Shown here one piece after another: positions 1 through 10,688 of a stretch of DNA of 64,000 nucleotides. The stretch comes from Phormidesmis sp. (lineage in GTDB: Bacteria > Cyanobacteriota > Cyanobacteriia > Leptolyngbyales > Leptolyngbyaceae), in NCBI GenBank assembly GCA_965248535.1, contig CBDFJR010000002.1:1632001-1696000 (forward strand). Reading direction: 5' to 3'. Made by a program: the position numbers and the translations under genes. The notes beneath the pieces were generated by a model. The model saw nothing but the letters and a program-made list of their open reading frames with translations. It was not told the origin of the DNA and searched no databases. Position 1 is the stretch's first letter, and the number at the start of each line of letters is the position of its first letter.

Positions 1-99
1 TTGATTAGATAAAGTTCATCTGAAACCATGTCTCTGCATCGATCCCTGCCTCTAGATGGGCTAGAGTAAAGGGAGGAGCAGTCTTTCAGTTGACGAATA

Positions 100-750
100 A
101 TGGCAACTTCATCGATCGCAGTTCGAGAACTTCCTCTTTTTCCCTTACCTGAGGTCGTTTTATTTCCAGGTAGGCCTTTGCCTTTGCACATTTTTGAATT
201 TCGCTATCGAATGATGATGAACACGATCCTCGAAAGCGATCGCCGATTTGGAGTGTTGATGTGGGATCAAGTGCAAGGCAAGCCTGCGTTGGTCGGGTGT
301 TGTGCAGAAATTGTTCAGTTTCATCGATTACCCGACGATCGCATGAAGGTTTGGACGCTAGGGCAACAGCGGTTTAGGGTTTTAGAATATGTCCGAGAAA
401 AGCCCTACCGAGTCGGCTTAGTAGAATGGATTGAGGATCATCCTCCCTCTCAGGATTTGAGGCCGCTTTCTAATAATGTGAGTCAGCTATTGCAAGACGT
501 GGTTCGGTTATCTGCCAAGCTGACGGGGCAGGAGATTGAGCTTCCTGAAACGATTCCAGATTTGCCAACCGAGTTGTCTTACTGGGTTGCCAGCAATCTC
601 TATGGAGTGGCAGACGAACAGCAGTCACTGTTAGAGATGCAGGACACCGCAGCCCGCCTCGATCGTGAAGCCGAAATCTTAACCTCGACCCGCAACCATT
701 TAGCCGCCCGCACCGTTCTCAAAGACACCCTTGGAGAGACTTCTGACTAA
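100..750 (+). CDS. LON peptidase substrate-binding domain protein
   Basis: ELPLFPL...VLFPG..LPLHIFE.RY motif of the Lon N-domain; no protease domain. Confidence 0.9.
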   Translation: MATSSIAVRELPLFPLPEVVLFPGRPLPLHIFEFRYRMMMNTILESDRRFGVLMWDQVQGKPALVGCCAEIVQFHRLPDDRMKVWTLGQQRFRVLEYVREKPYRVGLVEWIEDHPPSQDLRPLSNNVSQLLQDVVRLSAKLTGQEIELPETIPDLPTELSYWVASNLYGVADEQQSLLEMQDTAARLDREAEILTSTRNHLAARTVLKDTLGETSD

Positions 751-763
751 GATTCTGGCTGCG

Positions 764-1603
764 TCAGATTGACGAAACGTTATAACTTCCAAATATCTTG
801 AGGGTTTCAGTGTGGTCAGCTAACTCTGCTAGGGCTGACTGCATTGAGTCTGCTCTGGCATCGGCTTCTAAATCGATGAAGAAGAGATATTCTCCTAGAG
901 AGCGCTTAGTCGGACGTGACTCAATGCGGCTTAGGTTGATCGAGCGCTTTGCAAAGATTTGTAACGGGGTGACTAAAGCGCCTGGTTGGTTTGCTCCGAC
1001 GCTAAAGGCTAGCGAGGTGAACGTGCCGCCTGGTGAGGGATTTAGGCTTAACAACAAAAAACGAGTGCAGTTGTCAGGATAATCATTGATGGGACAAGCC
1101 AAAATCGGCAAGTGGTGCAGTTGAGCCGCCCGCTGGGAGGAAATAGCCGCGATCGTCGAATCTCCATCTAAATATTGAAGCGCCTCAGTTGTAGAGTTGA
1201 GGGCGATCGATTCGGCTTTAGGCAAAAACTTGTCTAACCATTTCTGGCACTGGGCCAGCGCTTGAGGGTGAGAATAAACGACTCGAATTGCTTCCCAATC
1301 TTTGGCATGAGAGAGCAGGGCGTGAGAGATTGGCATAACGAATGCACGCTGAATTCTCAAGGTGTCTAGCTGCCAAAGATTATCTAGCGTCATGGTGACA
1401 CTGCCTTCGATCGAGTTTTCCATCGGCACTACAGCCATTTGAGCGTCTTGTGAAGCCACGGCAGCTAAAGTTTGACCAATGCTGGGGTAGGGATAGAGCA
1501 TCGCCTCTTGTCCAGTTTCTTGCTTTAGCCACTCTAAGGATGAGATCGCTGCCGCTTCGGTATAGGTGCCGGGAGGCCCAAGGTGCGCGATCGAGACTGC
1601 CAT
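764..1603 (-). CDS. pheA: prephenate dehydratase
   Basis: LGPPGTY, PMENSIEGSV, SHPQALAQC, NCTRF, ACT domain ESRP. Confidence 0.95.
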   Translation of the reverse strand: MAVSIAHLGPPGTYTEAAAISSLEWLKQETGQEAMLYPYPSIGQTLAAVASQDAQMAVVPMENSIEGSVTMTLDNLWQLDTLRIQRAFVMPISHALLSHAKDWEAIRVVYSHPQALAQCQKWLDKFLPKAESIALNSTTEALQYLDGDSTIAAISSQRAAQLHHLPILACPINDYPDNCTRFLLLSLNPSPGGTFTSLAFSVGANQPGALVTPLQIFAKRSINLSRIESRPTKRSLGEYLFFIDLEADARADSMQSALAELADHTETLKIFGSYNVSSI

Positions 1604-1724
1604 CTCACTACTCTTTTTCTAAACGATTTTTTAATATTCCGATAGGGCTACTTCAATTTATGAGAAGCTAGTTAGAATTACTTAACGATTGCCTCTCATC
1701 CATTAAACCCCTACATCATTATCA

Positions 1725-2309
1725 ATGGATATTCGGTTTGCCGCTTCTCAATCTGTTGAAATTGTCGTTCCAGAACAGCCGATTCCGATCGCTCACTATT
1801 TGCGCCAGCCTCAGCGAGTGGTGAACGCCCTTGCCGCTTCTAGCCGCATCGAACCGTTGAGTGAGGAGCGGTTTCGTCTCACGATGCGTCCGTTAAACTT
1901 CATGTCTCTCAGCATTCAGCCCACTGTGGATATGCAGGTATGGGCAGATTCCAGTGCAGCAATCAACGTGAAGTCGATCGCCTGTGAGATTCGAGGTGTT
2001 GACTATATTAACCAGCGCTTTTCGCTCAATCTGGTGGGTCAGCTTTATCCGACTCAGGTCAATCAAACGACTTATTTGAAAGGAAAAGCTGATCTAGAGG
2101 TGCAAGTCGAGTTGCCGCCCCCTTTTTTACTAACCCCTAGACCGCTGTTAGAAAGAGCAGGAAACGGACTGCTGCTAAGCGTTTTGAGCACCATCAAACA
2201 GAGATTGCTGCATCAACTTTTGCTTGATTATCGAACTTGGGCCACGAGTCAGGTAGACGTAGAAGCTCCAAGACCGCTTATTTTCCCGATCAATCACCCT
2301 GCTTCTTAG
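1725..2309 (+). CDS. DUF1997 family protein
   Basis: HYLRQPQRVV and LLERAGNGLL..VL..IKQRL pattern of cyanobacterial DUF1997. Confidence 0.8.
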   Translation: MDIRFAASQSVEIVVPEQPIPIAHYLRQPQRVVNALAASSRIEPLSEERFRLTMRPLNFMSLSIQPTVDMQVWADSSAAINVKSIACEIRGVDYINQRFSLNLVGQLYPTQVNQTTYLKGKADLEVQVELPPPFLLTPRPLLERAGNGLLLSVLSTIKQRLLHQLLLDYRTWATSQVDVEAPRPLIFPINHPAS

Positions 2310-2333
2310 TGATTTGGAACCGCGATCGCTGCC

Positions 2334-2960
2334 TCACTTTAGCCGCAGCAGCGCCTTTTGAATCGGGGCATAACTGTGGCGATGAACAGGCGTAACGCCG
2401 AGTTGCTCGATCGCGCTCAAATGTTCTTTTGTACCGTAGCCAGCATTGCGCTCCCAGCCATAGCCAGGATAGCGCTTTGCCAAACGGGTTAAAAATCGAT
2501 CGCGGCGCACTTTTGCGATAATCGACGCGCAGGCAATGGCGTAGGAAGACGCATCTCCATCGACGATCGCGGTGTGCGCTCCCAAATCGGCTTGCTTGAT
2601 TTCGCGTCCATCAATCAAGGCATGGTCAATGGGCTGAACGCGACGTAGCGATCGCTGCATGGCTAGATGAGAGGCCCTGAGCACGTTAAACTGCTCGATT
2701 TCTGCAACCGTAGCAATGCCGACTCCTACCGATGTGGCTTGACTGAGAATTTGAGCAAACAGGCGACCGCGCTGGGCAGCCGAGAGAAGTTTAGAATCAC
2801 GAACCCCAACGATCATGGGGCAATGAGCCGGAAGCACCACGGCAGCGGCCACGATCGGGCCACATAAACTTCCCAGTCCCGCCTCGTCTACGCCTGCAAT
2901 TTGCAGGATTCCCTGCTGCCAAAACGCTTGCTCAACCTCCAAGCCTGGATTTTTTGCCAT
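2334..2960 (-). CDS. rnhB: ribonuclease HII
   Basis: GVDEAG, DSK, GDA, ASIIAKV.RD, GYGT motifs; directly downstream of rne. Confidence 0.95.
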   Translation of the reverse strand: MAKNPGLEVEQAFWQQGILQIAGVDEAGLGSLCGPIVAAAVVLPAHCPMIVGVRDSKLLSAAQRGRLFAQILSQATSVGVGIATVAEIEQFNVLRASHLAMQRSLRRVQPIDHALIDGREIKQADLGAHTAIVDGDASSYAIACASIIAKVRRDRFLTRLAKRYPGYGWERNAGYGTKEHLSAIEQLGVTPVHRHSYAPIQKALLRLK

Positions 2961-3028
2961 ACCGCTGACCCCATTGCAGACCTCAGAGGGTGAATCTCAG
3001 CCACGCCCAGACTCACCCCAGGAAAATG

Positions 3029-5182
3029 CTACTCACCCGTTGTTGCAGAAGATCGACGGCGACGGCGACGGGTCACAAGCGTCTCTTCTTCCGGCTCAGA
3101 GGCAGGTTGCGCCTCTAAGATTGGTTCTGAAATCGGCTCTGAGATCGGTTCCGAGGGAGTCTCTGGGATAAGGTCAGCAATCAAGGGAGGAGCATCAACC
3201 ACTTTAGTAGACGGCTTTTTCCGAACCTTCAAAGAGAGCGATTCAGAGTTTTGTGAAGGAGCCACTTCAGCATCTAGGGCCAAGTCTTCGTCTTCGGTCG
3301 TCGCAACTTCGGCTGTCGAGGCGGGTGGTGGGGGAGGAGCTTGCCCTGGTAGAGTCACAAAAATGTTTGCCGACTTCGGATTTTTTAGCTCTTGAGTGGT
3401 GAGCACGATCGGAGAAATTCCCATCCAGGCGTAAACATCTTGCTCATCTGGAGTCATCTCAACGTAGATCGACTCAGGAGGCTCAACCGCCGACTTAACC
3501 CCGCCGCGTCGAGGCAAGCGACCGCGTTTATCTTCAGCGGGTCTGACCTCCTTTGCAGCCGAAAACTCTTCAACCTCTGGAGACGGTGGTTCAGAAAGCG
3601 GTTCCGCTCTCGAAGCGACAGGCACGATCGGCGCAGGCGTGGGCGTAGATCGAGTGGGTTCTTCCCAAGGAGCAGTCTTGGCACTCGTGACTTCTCTCGT
3701 GGTTGGGCCTTCGACGCGACGGCGACGGCGACGGTTGGCCCCGCCTCGGCCCCGTTCTTGATAGCTGGGGTGGTTGAGTAACTCTAGATCCTGGTCGCCA
3801 TTGTCTCCGTCTGCATCATCCCCTTCCCAAAACAAGTCGTTTGCCGCAGGAAGCTCTCGACGCGGCTCTGGAAGCCGACGGCTCTCACGATTTTCTCTCA
3901 GCGAGACTGCCGATCGTTCCAGGCTTTCCCCTTCGTCATCGTGTGATTCTCCGGGCAAGTGAGCCAAAAGCCCCAATCCGCCACAGGTTGCACAAGGGCG
4001 ACCAAACAATTCATAGATATTCTTACCCTGACGTTTGCGGGTCAATTCAACCAGCCCCAGTTCTGAAAGCTGGGAGATTTGCGGCTTAGACTTATCGGCT
4101 CTCAGGGCTTTATTGAAGTGTTCGAGCACTTGCAGTTGGTCACGCCGAGCATCCATATCGATGAAGTCTACAATGATCACCCCGGCAATATTTCTCAACC
4201 GCAGTTGACGAGCAATCTCGGTTGCCGCTTCGCAGTTAGTCCAGAGAACGGTTTCGCGGGCGGTTGCCGATCGGGTAAACGAGCCAGAGTTTACGTCAAT
4301 GACGGTTAAAGCCTCAGTGCGCTCGATAATAATATATCCGCCAGAAGGCAAGTCTACTCTAGGCTTCAGCGCTTCACGAATGGCGGCATTCACCCGAAAA
4401 TATTCTAAAATCGGAATCCGTTCCCGGTGATGGTCGATCAGCACACCTTGAGGAGACTTGCCGCCGCCCCAGTTGACCAGTTGTTGTTTAACCCGTTTCA
4501 GCCCCGTGTGCGAATCGACCACGATCCGATTGACATCTGAGCTATAGACATCTCGCAGCACCCGTTGAATAAAGTCATCGTCGCGGTTTAGCAGCGCCGG
4601 GGCACGAGTAGAACCTGCTTCTTGCAGAATAGATTCCCACTGCCGTTGCAGCGTTTCTAGATCCTCAATAATGGCCTCTTCAGGCATTGCCTCAGCTTCA
4701 GTGCGAACTACTAGCCCCATTCCAGCAGGTTTGACCAGAATAGCCAACGCCCTCAGACGGTTTCGCTCATTCTCGCTGCGGATACGCCGTGACAGATTAA
4801 CGCCGCGACCATAAGGCATTAAAACCAGATAGCGTCCAGGTAGGGAAACATTGCCTGTTAGACGAGGGCCCTTGTTGCCCGTGGGTTCTTTCATCACCTG
4901 CACAAGGACTTTTTGCTGAGGAGCCAGTAGCTCAGTGATCGAGCCAGCCGCCCGCTTCAACCGCAAAGGGCCTAAATCGCTGACGTGAATGAACCCGTTT
5001 CGCTCTGCGTCTCCAATATTAACGAAGGCTGCATCTATCCCAGGCAGGACATTCTCAACAATTCCTAAATAAATATCGCTAACCTGGTGGCTGCCCGTTG
5101 CTACGATAATTTCTTGAATCTGATCTTCTGAAAAAACAGCAGCAATTCTATGCTGTTCAGCGATAACAATCTGCTTGGTCAT
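3029..5182 (-). CDS. rne: ribonuclease E
   Basis: S1 domain, VIDVNSG, DFIDM, CxxC Zn-link, C-terminal RRRRRRSSA cyanobacterial motif. Confidence 0.95.
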   Translation of the reverse strand: MTKQIVIAEQHRIAAVFSEDQIQEIIVATGSHQVSDIYLGIVENVLPGIDAAFVNIGDAERNGFIHVSDLGPLRLKRAAGSITELLAPQQKVLVQVMKEPTGNKGPRLTGNVSLPGRYLVLMPYGRGVNLSRRIRSENERNRLRALAILVKPAGMGLVVRTEAEAMPEEAIIEDLETLQRQWESILQEAGSTRAPALLNRDDDFIQRVLRDVYSSDVNRIVVDSHTGLKRVKQQLVNWGGGKSPQGVLIDHHRERIPILEYFRVNAAIREALKPRVDLPSGGYIIIERTEALTVIDVNSGSFTRSATARETVLWTNCEAATEIARQLRLRNIAGVIIVDFIDMDARRDQLQVLEHFNKALRADKSKPQISQLSELGLVELTRKRQGKNIYELFGRPCATCGGLGLLAHLPGESHDDEGESLERSAVSLRENRESRRLPEPRRELPAANDLFWEGDDADGDNGDQDLELLNHPSYQERGRGGANRRRRRRVEGPTTREVTSAKTAPWEEPTRSTPTPAPIVPVASRAEPLSEPPSPEVEEFSAAKEVRPAEDKRGRLPRRGGVKSAVEPPESIYVEMTPDEQDVYAWMGISPIVLTTQELKNPKSANIFVTLPGQAPPPPPASTAEVATTEDEDLALDAEVAPSQNSESLSLKVRKKPSTKVVDAPPLIADLIPETPSEPISEPISEPILEAQPASEPEEETLVTRRRRRRSSATTGE

Positions 5183-5534
5183 TCAATTTCCTCAAAGTTG
5201 GGAGCGGTGAGGGCATCGAAGTTCTTGCGCCTCTCGCTTTTTTCTTAAATTTTGTGAGCTAAACTTTTAACGCCACCTATCTCTAGAAGCGGTCAGCGGT
5301 TTGAGATTTACAAAACCCTCAACCTCAAACCCGGCGCTTCAGTGTCAGACGAGTCAATTCACAAGCTGCGATCTGTCGAGCAGTTTAATTCGTCACTAAA
5401 CGAACTAAACCTGGCATACAGATCAACGATGAGCGGAAAGTCTAGCAAGAGGTAAGTTGCGTCTGGCATCTAATGCAGTTTACCCGGCGGCAACCACGGG
5501 AAACTGTAGTCCACAACGGCCTCTGATGCAAAGC

Positions 5535-5540
5535 ATTATA
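5535..5540 (-). promoter_or_regulatory. putative -10 element (TATAAT) for rne, implying a ~350 nt 5' UTR
   Basis: plus-strand ATTATA reads as perfect TATAAT on the minus strand; long intergenic region upstream of rne. Confidence 0.45.
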
Positions 5541-5659
5541 GCGTGCAGATATGACTCTGCCACCAATTTTAGAGAATTTGCTGAGATTTAGCCGAATTTT
5601 CGAGGATGAACGAAATTTTCGGCTACGTTGAAGACCCTGACTTTTACTGAGAGGCTGAT

Positions 5660-8263
5660 TTAATCGCTCGACAAAATCAGGTGATTTCGATGGGTTTGCA
5701 GCAGTCGCAATTCTTGCTGTGAAGCCTGTTCTATCAGATAGATAACGTGGTCAGGGCGCAGCAGAGTTCCATCATTGCGACAACTTCCGATGTATCGAAA
5801 CACAGCTTGCACGTCGTTGACTTCTATTAATGTCAGGTCAAAGAGCCGATCGCGCAGGTTGATCGATTGCACTTTTCCTGATTTTGTCGTCTGCTCAAAC
5901 CAGATTTCTGCTGCTGCTTTGATGGAGTCAATCCACCTCTGCCATTGAGTCGCAGAGGCTGTTTGGGTAAAATCAACGGTGATTTGATACTCTGCTTTCT
6001 CTAGAAGTTGAGTGGCGGCAGGGGCGGTGATCGCTACAGATTCAACGCTATAAATCGGAATCTCGGACGGTAGCTTGGCAGCAAGCCGCTCCCAAAAAAT
6101 CTTGGGTTCCATGATTTCGGTTAACTCAAAATCTACAATTTCGCCAGAGCTAGTGGTGCCTAACGGCAAGGCGTTGGCAGAGACAATGCGGGGCGCAGGG
6201 TGAAACCCGCCTGAAAATGTGATGGGCAATGATGCACGACGCACGGCACGATCGAACAGTCTCATCAAGTCTAGATGGCTGATCAGCGCCATCTCGCCCA
6301 CTTTGCCTAACCGAACTCTGAGGCGCTGCGATCGCTGCTGGTTGGGTTTAAAATGCCCGGCAAACTGAGGAATTGGCAGCGGCGGAACTACGACATTATG
6401 TCCAAAATCTACCCCACACACGCCACAGTGAGAGCAGCCTTCAAAGGAGCAATCTGGCACGATCGCTGCTTCTAATGCCCGCTGCAAGTCATCTTTAAGC
6501 CACTGTTTATCAATGCCTGTGTCCAAGTGATCCCACGGGAGCGACCGATCCAGAAAAGAATCGGAGGTGGATTGATCGGCCCCATCTTCACTTTTTTCAA
6601 AAACGTTCCATTCACCGCTTTCAACTTGGCGATATTTCCAAGTCAAGCCCGACTCCTCGATCGCCTGTGTCCAGGCTGAAAAGGCTTGATCGAGGCTTTC
6701 CCACCAGGCATCCATGCCTGCGCCAAGTTCCCAAGCGCGCCGAACCACAGATGACAAGCGACGATCGCCACGACCGACAAAATCTTCCATTGCCGAGATG
6801 CGAACGTCAGTGAAATTAATTTTTACCCCGCGCAGACCATAAAAAGCTGCTTTTAAAAGCCCTTGTTTCCGCTTGAACTCAGTCGTAGAAACCGAGTGCC
6901 ACTGAAAAGGAGTGTGGGGTTTGGGCGTGAAGTTAGAAATCGTGACGTTGAAATCTAGTCGTCGTCTGCCCTGCTTACTGCATTCTTGTCTGAGCCAGCG
7001 CATGGTTTCAACAATGCCCAACACATCCACATCGGTTTCACCCGGCAGACCAATCATAAAATAGAGCTTGATTTTATCCCAACCCTGTTCGACCGCCGTC
7101 TTGACCCCTCGCAGCAGTTCCTCATTGGTCAACCCCTTATTTACGATGTCTCGCATTCGCTGAGTGCCTGCTTCGGGGGCGAAGGTGATGCCACCCTGAC
7201 GGGTGCCGCCGATGATGTTGGCAATGTTTTCATCGAAGCGATCGACGCGTTGACTGGGCAGGGTTAGGGTAATGTTTTCGTCTTTGAGCCGATTTTTGAT
7301 CTCCATGCCGACGGCAGGCAGCGCTAGATAATCCGAACAGCTTAGAGACAGTAGCGAGAATTCGTTATACCCGGTCTCGCGCATCCCTTGCTCGATCGCT
7401 TCAACGACCTGTTCTGGCTCGACATCTCTGGCCGGGCGAGTCAGCATTCCGGGTTGGCAAAAGCGACAGCCCCGCGTGCAGCCCCGACGAATTTCAATCG
7501 TTAAGCGATCGTGCACCGTTTCGACATAGGGAACCAGCCCGATCGAGTAGGCAGGTAGGGGGTCAGCGACCCGGCGCAAAATTCGTATCGGGACATCAGA
7601 GCGATTGGGGTGCACTGAGCCATCGTCGGCCATGTCATAAAACTGAGGCACATAAACCCCAGGTATCTGGGCCAAATCTAGGAGCAGTTCTTCACGGCTC
7701 AACTGGCTGGCTTTTCCTTCTTCTAAAATCAGTCCAATTTCTGGCAGCAGTTCTTCGCCGTCTCCCATCGCGATGAAGTCAAAGAAGTCGGCGTAGGGTT
7801 CGGGGTTAGAGGTGGCGGTTTGTCCGCCTGCAAAAATTAGCGGATAGGACTGGTTCGCCCGATCGCGCCAGGTTAAAGGAATGCCCGCTAGATCGAGCAT
7901 TTCTAGAATGTTGGTGGCTCCTAGCTCATAGCTGAGACTAAAGCCGAGAATATCAAACTCCGTCAGCGATCGCCGTGACTCAACCGCAAAGAGAGGGGTT
8001 TGAGTCGCTTTGAGCTTCAGGGCTAGGTCAGGGGCAGGCAGATAAGCCCGATCGCACAACTGACGCGGCTGGGCATTGAGAATGCTATAGAGAATGATGT
8101 GCCCAAGATTGGATGCCCCAACTTCATAGACCTCAGGGTAAGTCAAGACCCACCGCACGGTGGCGGCTTCCCAGGGTTTATGGATGGCACCTAGCTCATT
8201 GCCTAAATATCGAGCCGGACGCAAGATATCAGGAGTCAGTAACGCTTCGACTGCAACTGCCAC
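5660..8263 (-). CDS. TIGR03960-family radical SAM protein fused to a TIGR03936-type radical-SAM-linked domain
   Basis: CTRGCRFC motif; C-terminal ISHLDL.R...RA..P domain. Confidence 0.9.
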   Translation of the reverse strand: MAVAVEALLTPDILRPARYLGNELGAIHKPWEAATVRWVLTYPEVYEVGASNLGHIILYSILNAQPRQLCDRAYLPAPDLALKLKATQTPLFAVESRRSLTEFDILGFSLSYELGATNILEMLDLAGIPLTWRDRANQSYPLIFAGGQTATSNPEPYADFFDFIAMGDGEELLPEIGLILEEGKASQLSREELLLDLAQIPGVYVPQFYDMADDGSVHPNRSDVPIRILRRVADPLPAYSIGLVPYVETVHDRLTIEIRRGCTRGCRFCQPGMLTRPARDVEPEQVVEAIEQGMRETGYNEFSLLSLSCSDYLALPAVGMEIKNRLKDENITLTLPSQRVDRFDENIANIIGGTRQGGITFAPEAGTQRMRDIVNKGLTNEELLRGVKTAVEQGWDKIKLYFMIGLPGETDVDVLGIVETMRWLRQECSKQGRRRLDFNVTISNFTPKPHTPFQWHSVSTTEFKRKQGLLKAAFYGLRGVKINFTDVRISAMEDFVGRGDRRLSSVVRRAWELGAGMDAWWESLDQAFSAWTQAIEESGLTWKYRQVESGEWNVFEKSEDGADQSTSDSFLDRSLPWDHLDTGIDKQWLKDDLQRALEAAIVPDCSFEGCSHCGVCGVDFGHNVVVPPLPIPQFAGHFKPNQQRSQRLRVRLGKVGEMALISHLDLMRLFDRAVRRASLPITFSGGFHPAPRIVSANALPLGTTSSGEIVDFELTEIMEPKIFWERLAAKLPSEIPIYSVESVAITAPAATQLLEKAEYQITVDFTQTASATQWQRWIDSIKAAAEIWFEQTTKSGKVQSINLRDRLFDLTLIEVNDVQAVFRYIGSCRNDGTLLRPDHVIYLIEQASQQELRLLQTHRNHLILSSD

Positions 8264-8386
8264 GGTTCACTACCTTGCTTTAGGTCTGAAGAGATCAACA
8301 CTTCAGTATACTGAAGTTCTAGCAAGGTGATTGACCGCAGGGTCGCTTTAGAAGCCGCTAGAGCCGCGTCAAGTGGGCTGAAGCCG

Positions 8387-8719
8387 TTAGGTTGTTGCCC
8401 CAAATGCGGCTGAGTCATCGAAGATCTCAAACACGCGGTCTAGTTGAGTTAATTCAAAAATAATCCGAATCGAAGCAGACATAGAGCACAGGCTAAACCG
8501 CTTGTTTTGCTTTTGAGCCAGACTCAGCGTAGAAACCAGCACCATCAGGCCAGCACTGTCTAAAGATTCGACATCGCGCAGGTCTACCATCAGAGCCGAG
8601 GTTTGCTCTGATGTCACTGCGATCGCTAGCTGAGTTTGGAGCGCCGACGCATTGGCTGCATTGACATATCCTTGGGGACAAATGACGATGGTTTGAGGAC
8701 GAACGAGCACGCTCTGCAT
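8387..8719 (-). CDS. STAS domain anti-sigma factor antagonist
   Basis: DL..V..LDSAGL..L, IFELTQLDRVF. Confidence 0.9.
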   Translation of the reverse strand: MQSVLVRPQTIVICPQGYVNAANASALQTQLAIAVTSEQTSALMVDLRDVESLDSAGLMVLVSTLSLAQKQNKRFSLCSMSASIRIIFELTQLDRVFEIFDDSAAFGATT

Positions 8720-9030
8720 TATCTGAATCCCTTGGTTTCTAAATTAAAGAACTTGATGCCGACGCTCTGACAATAACCGCACATCGATCGCAGCGCATCC
8801 CTCAACTACATCGTTTCGCGAAATCTTTATTAGATAAACCCTATTGTTTAAACTTTTCAGTAAGCTCAGTCAGATTAATGTATAAACCCATACAAAATCG
8901 CAGAACTAACTCAACACCGAGACTACCCTAGAAACTTGGTGACTTAAATCACCTTAAATCTACCTGTTAGATCACTTTAGAAGTGAACCAACAGATAGAC
9001 AATCTTAGTCACGGAGTCGTCACAACTTTT

Positions 9031-9270
9031 GTCACTGACCCCGCACTAAAGTGACGGGGATTGGGTAGTCAGACTCAAGTTAAATCAAAGACCAGGGCAT
9101 TCGAGCAAACCGTTAGGGCAGACTTCCGATACTTACTTCGTTCGGATTCACTCTCAGCCCTCTCATTCAGGGCATTGGGTTGAGCGCTGACTGCGCCAAG
9201 ACGGGTTTCCCGTCCTAGGCAAGTGAGCAAGATAACCAAGACATCTTACGGTTTGTGCCCGAAAGGACTT
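9031..9270 (+). ncRNA. omega RNA (HEARO-like, IsrB/IscB-type), standalone
   Basis: Begins GTCACTGACCCCGCACTAAAGTGACGGGG (IS200/IS605-type end hairpin). Long-range pairings GGGCA/TGCCC and CAAACCGT/ACGGTTTG, a TCCGA/TCGGA stem, and CCAAGACATC...GAAAGGACTT 3' motifs. Confidence 0.7.
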
Positions 9271-9406
9271 CGACGAGTTTGCTGGATCTCGGATTGGTCA
9301 GCGTCTAAAATCCAGTCCCCATTAGGGGTAGGCGACGCAAGCCGCCAGTGCGTTTTTCCTCTGCGATTTGAAGAGACATCGTTTCTAAACGTATTAGGAG
9401 TTTCTG

Positions 9407-9601
9407 ATGAAAACTAGTGAGATCATTCGTCAATTGGTGGGAAAAGCACTTTACTTTAAGTGCCTGACCCCTGATATCGAGAACGAAATCAATTATGAAC
9501 TGACCCGGCAAGGACACATTTCTGACGTAGATTATGAAGCGCTTGAGCTTCTGATGGCTGAGATGGATGCAGGTCGAATTCGGCTAGTGCCCAGTTCTTA
9601 G
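9407..9601 (+). CDS. small cyanobacterial hypothetical protein
   Basis: AGGAG RBS; 64 aa ORF with DYEAL..LM pattern. Confidence 0.75.
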   Translation: MKTSEIIRQLVGKALYFKCLTPDIENEINYELTRQGHISDVDYEALELLMAEMDAGRIRLVPSS

Positions 9602-9619
9602 GGTCTAAACCTGAGAAAT

Positions 9620-10060
9620 CTATAAACCGTGCTCCTCCCTTGACGATCGCGTTTTATTTCCACTGTTAGAAAAAGCATCAGGGTGACATTGGCAGAGTTG
9701 ATGAATGAACTCGCGAAGCTGGCGGTGAGCCGCTATTGCTTGAGGAGTCGAGCTAGTAAGTTCATCTAGACCATAGAGAGACGACAGCACAGGGATAGCT
9801 TCAACATCCAAAGCGGGACGAAAGAGAACGATCGGTAACAATAAGTCTGACCCTTGCCGTAAATCATGCCAGTCGGGTGTTGACTGCGATGAATCTATCA
9901 CCAAAACTAGAGGACGGGCCCAGCATAAGCGTCGAGCCTCCACAATTTGCACGACTTCAGCATAGAGGTGAGTTGCGTCAAGCTCAAGACAGACAATCTG
10001 TGAAGGCTGAAACTGAACGCTCCAGGCTTTTGCCGCTTGAGGGTGTGAATCCAGATCCAT
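9620..10060 (-). CDS. hypothetical protein
   Basis: 146 aa ORF, QIVCLE...LYAEVVQ...CWARPL pattern seen in cyanobacterial hypotheticals. Confidence 0.75.
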   Translation of the reverse strand: MDLDSHPQAAKAWSVQFQPSQIVCLELDATHLYAEVVQIVEARRLCWARPLVLVIDSSQSTPDWHDLRQGSDLLLPIVLFRPALDVEAIPVLSSLYGLDELTSSTPQAIAAHRQLREFIHQLCQCHPDAFSNSGNKTRSSREEHGL

Positions 10061-10396
10061 AGGGTGAATTCAAAATATAGTGAACCTAGCTTGATCATAG
10101 AGGTCTATTTCTGCTGACAGCCACCGTTATAATGCTGTGTTTCTCAAGGGCGAGTCTGCCTTGAGAAAATAGGCGGGTTAGTTTTGATGAAGTGGCTAAT
10201 TCCTGCGGGGAAGCGTTAACCTAGATAAGAGCCAATCGCGAAGCCTTTTTCCTTCAGAAGCCTGTGCGCCAGTTTCAATGAAGCTTGGAACCTGAGCTAG
10301 CTGGCAGCGCTGTCAAGGTTGAGAGGGGCGATCGTGGCGATGGGATGATCGTTTAGTCATTATCAGTCATTGATAGTTTACGGAGAGGATAGAACT

Positions 10397-10678
10397 GTGT
10401 CTGTTGAAACTATTGAAAAGCGTTCAACATCACGAAAGCTTGCGCCTCGCTATAAGGTTTTACTCCATAACGATGATTACAATTCGATGGAGCATGTGGT
10501 GCAGGTTCTCACAAAAACGGTGCCCAACTTAACCCAGCCCCAAGCAGTCAACATCATGATGGAGGCTCACACCAATGGGCTGGCGTTGGTGATTACGTGT
10601 GAACAAGAACATGCAGAGTTTTACTGCGAGACCTTAAAAGCGAACGGGTTGGAGAGTACGATCGAACCCGACGAATAA
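10397..10678 (+). CDS. clpS: ATP-dependent Clp protease adaptor ClpS
   Basis: YKVLLHNDDYNSMEHVV; start placed at GTG after GAGG RBS. Confidence 0.95.
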   Translation: MSVETIEKRSTSRKLAPRYKVLLHNDDYNSMEHVVQVLTKTVPNLTQPQAVNIMMEAHTNGLALVITCEQEHAEFYCETLKANGLESTIEPDE

Positions 10679-10688
10679 AACCAAAAAG

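Noticed and set aside
3120..3155. 12-bp tandem repeat in rne (EPIS)n
   Set aside because: Ordinary low-complexity expansion in the disordered C-terminal tail.
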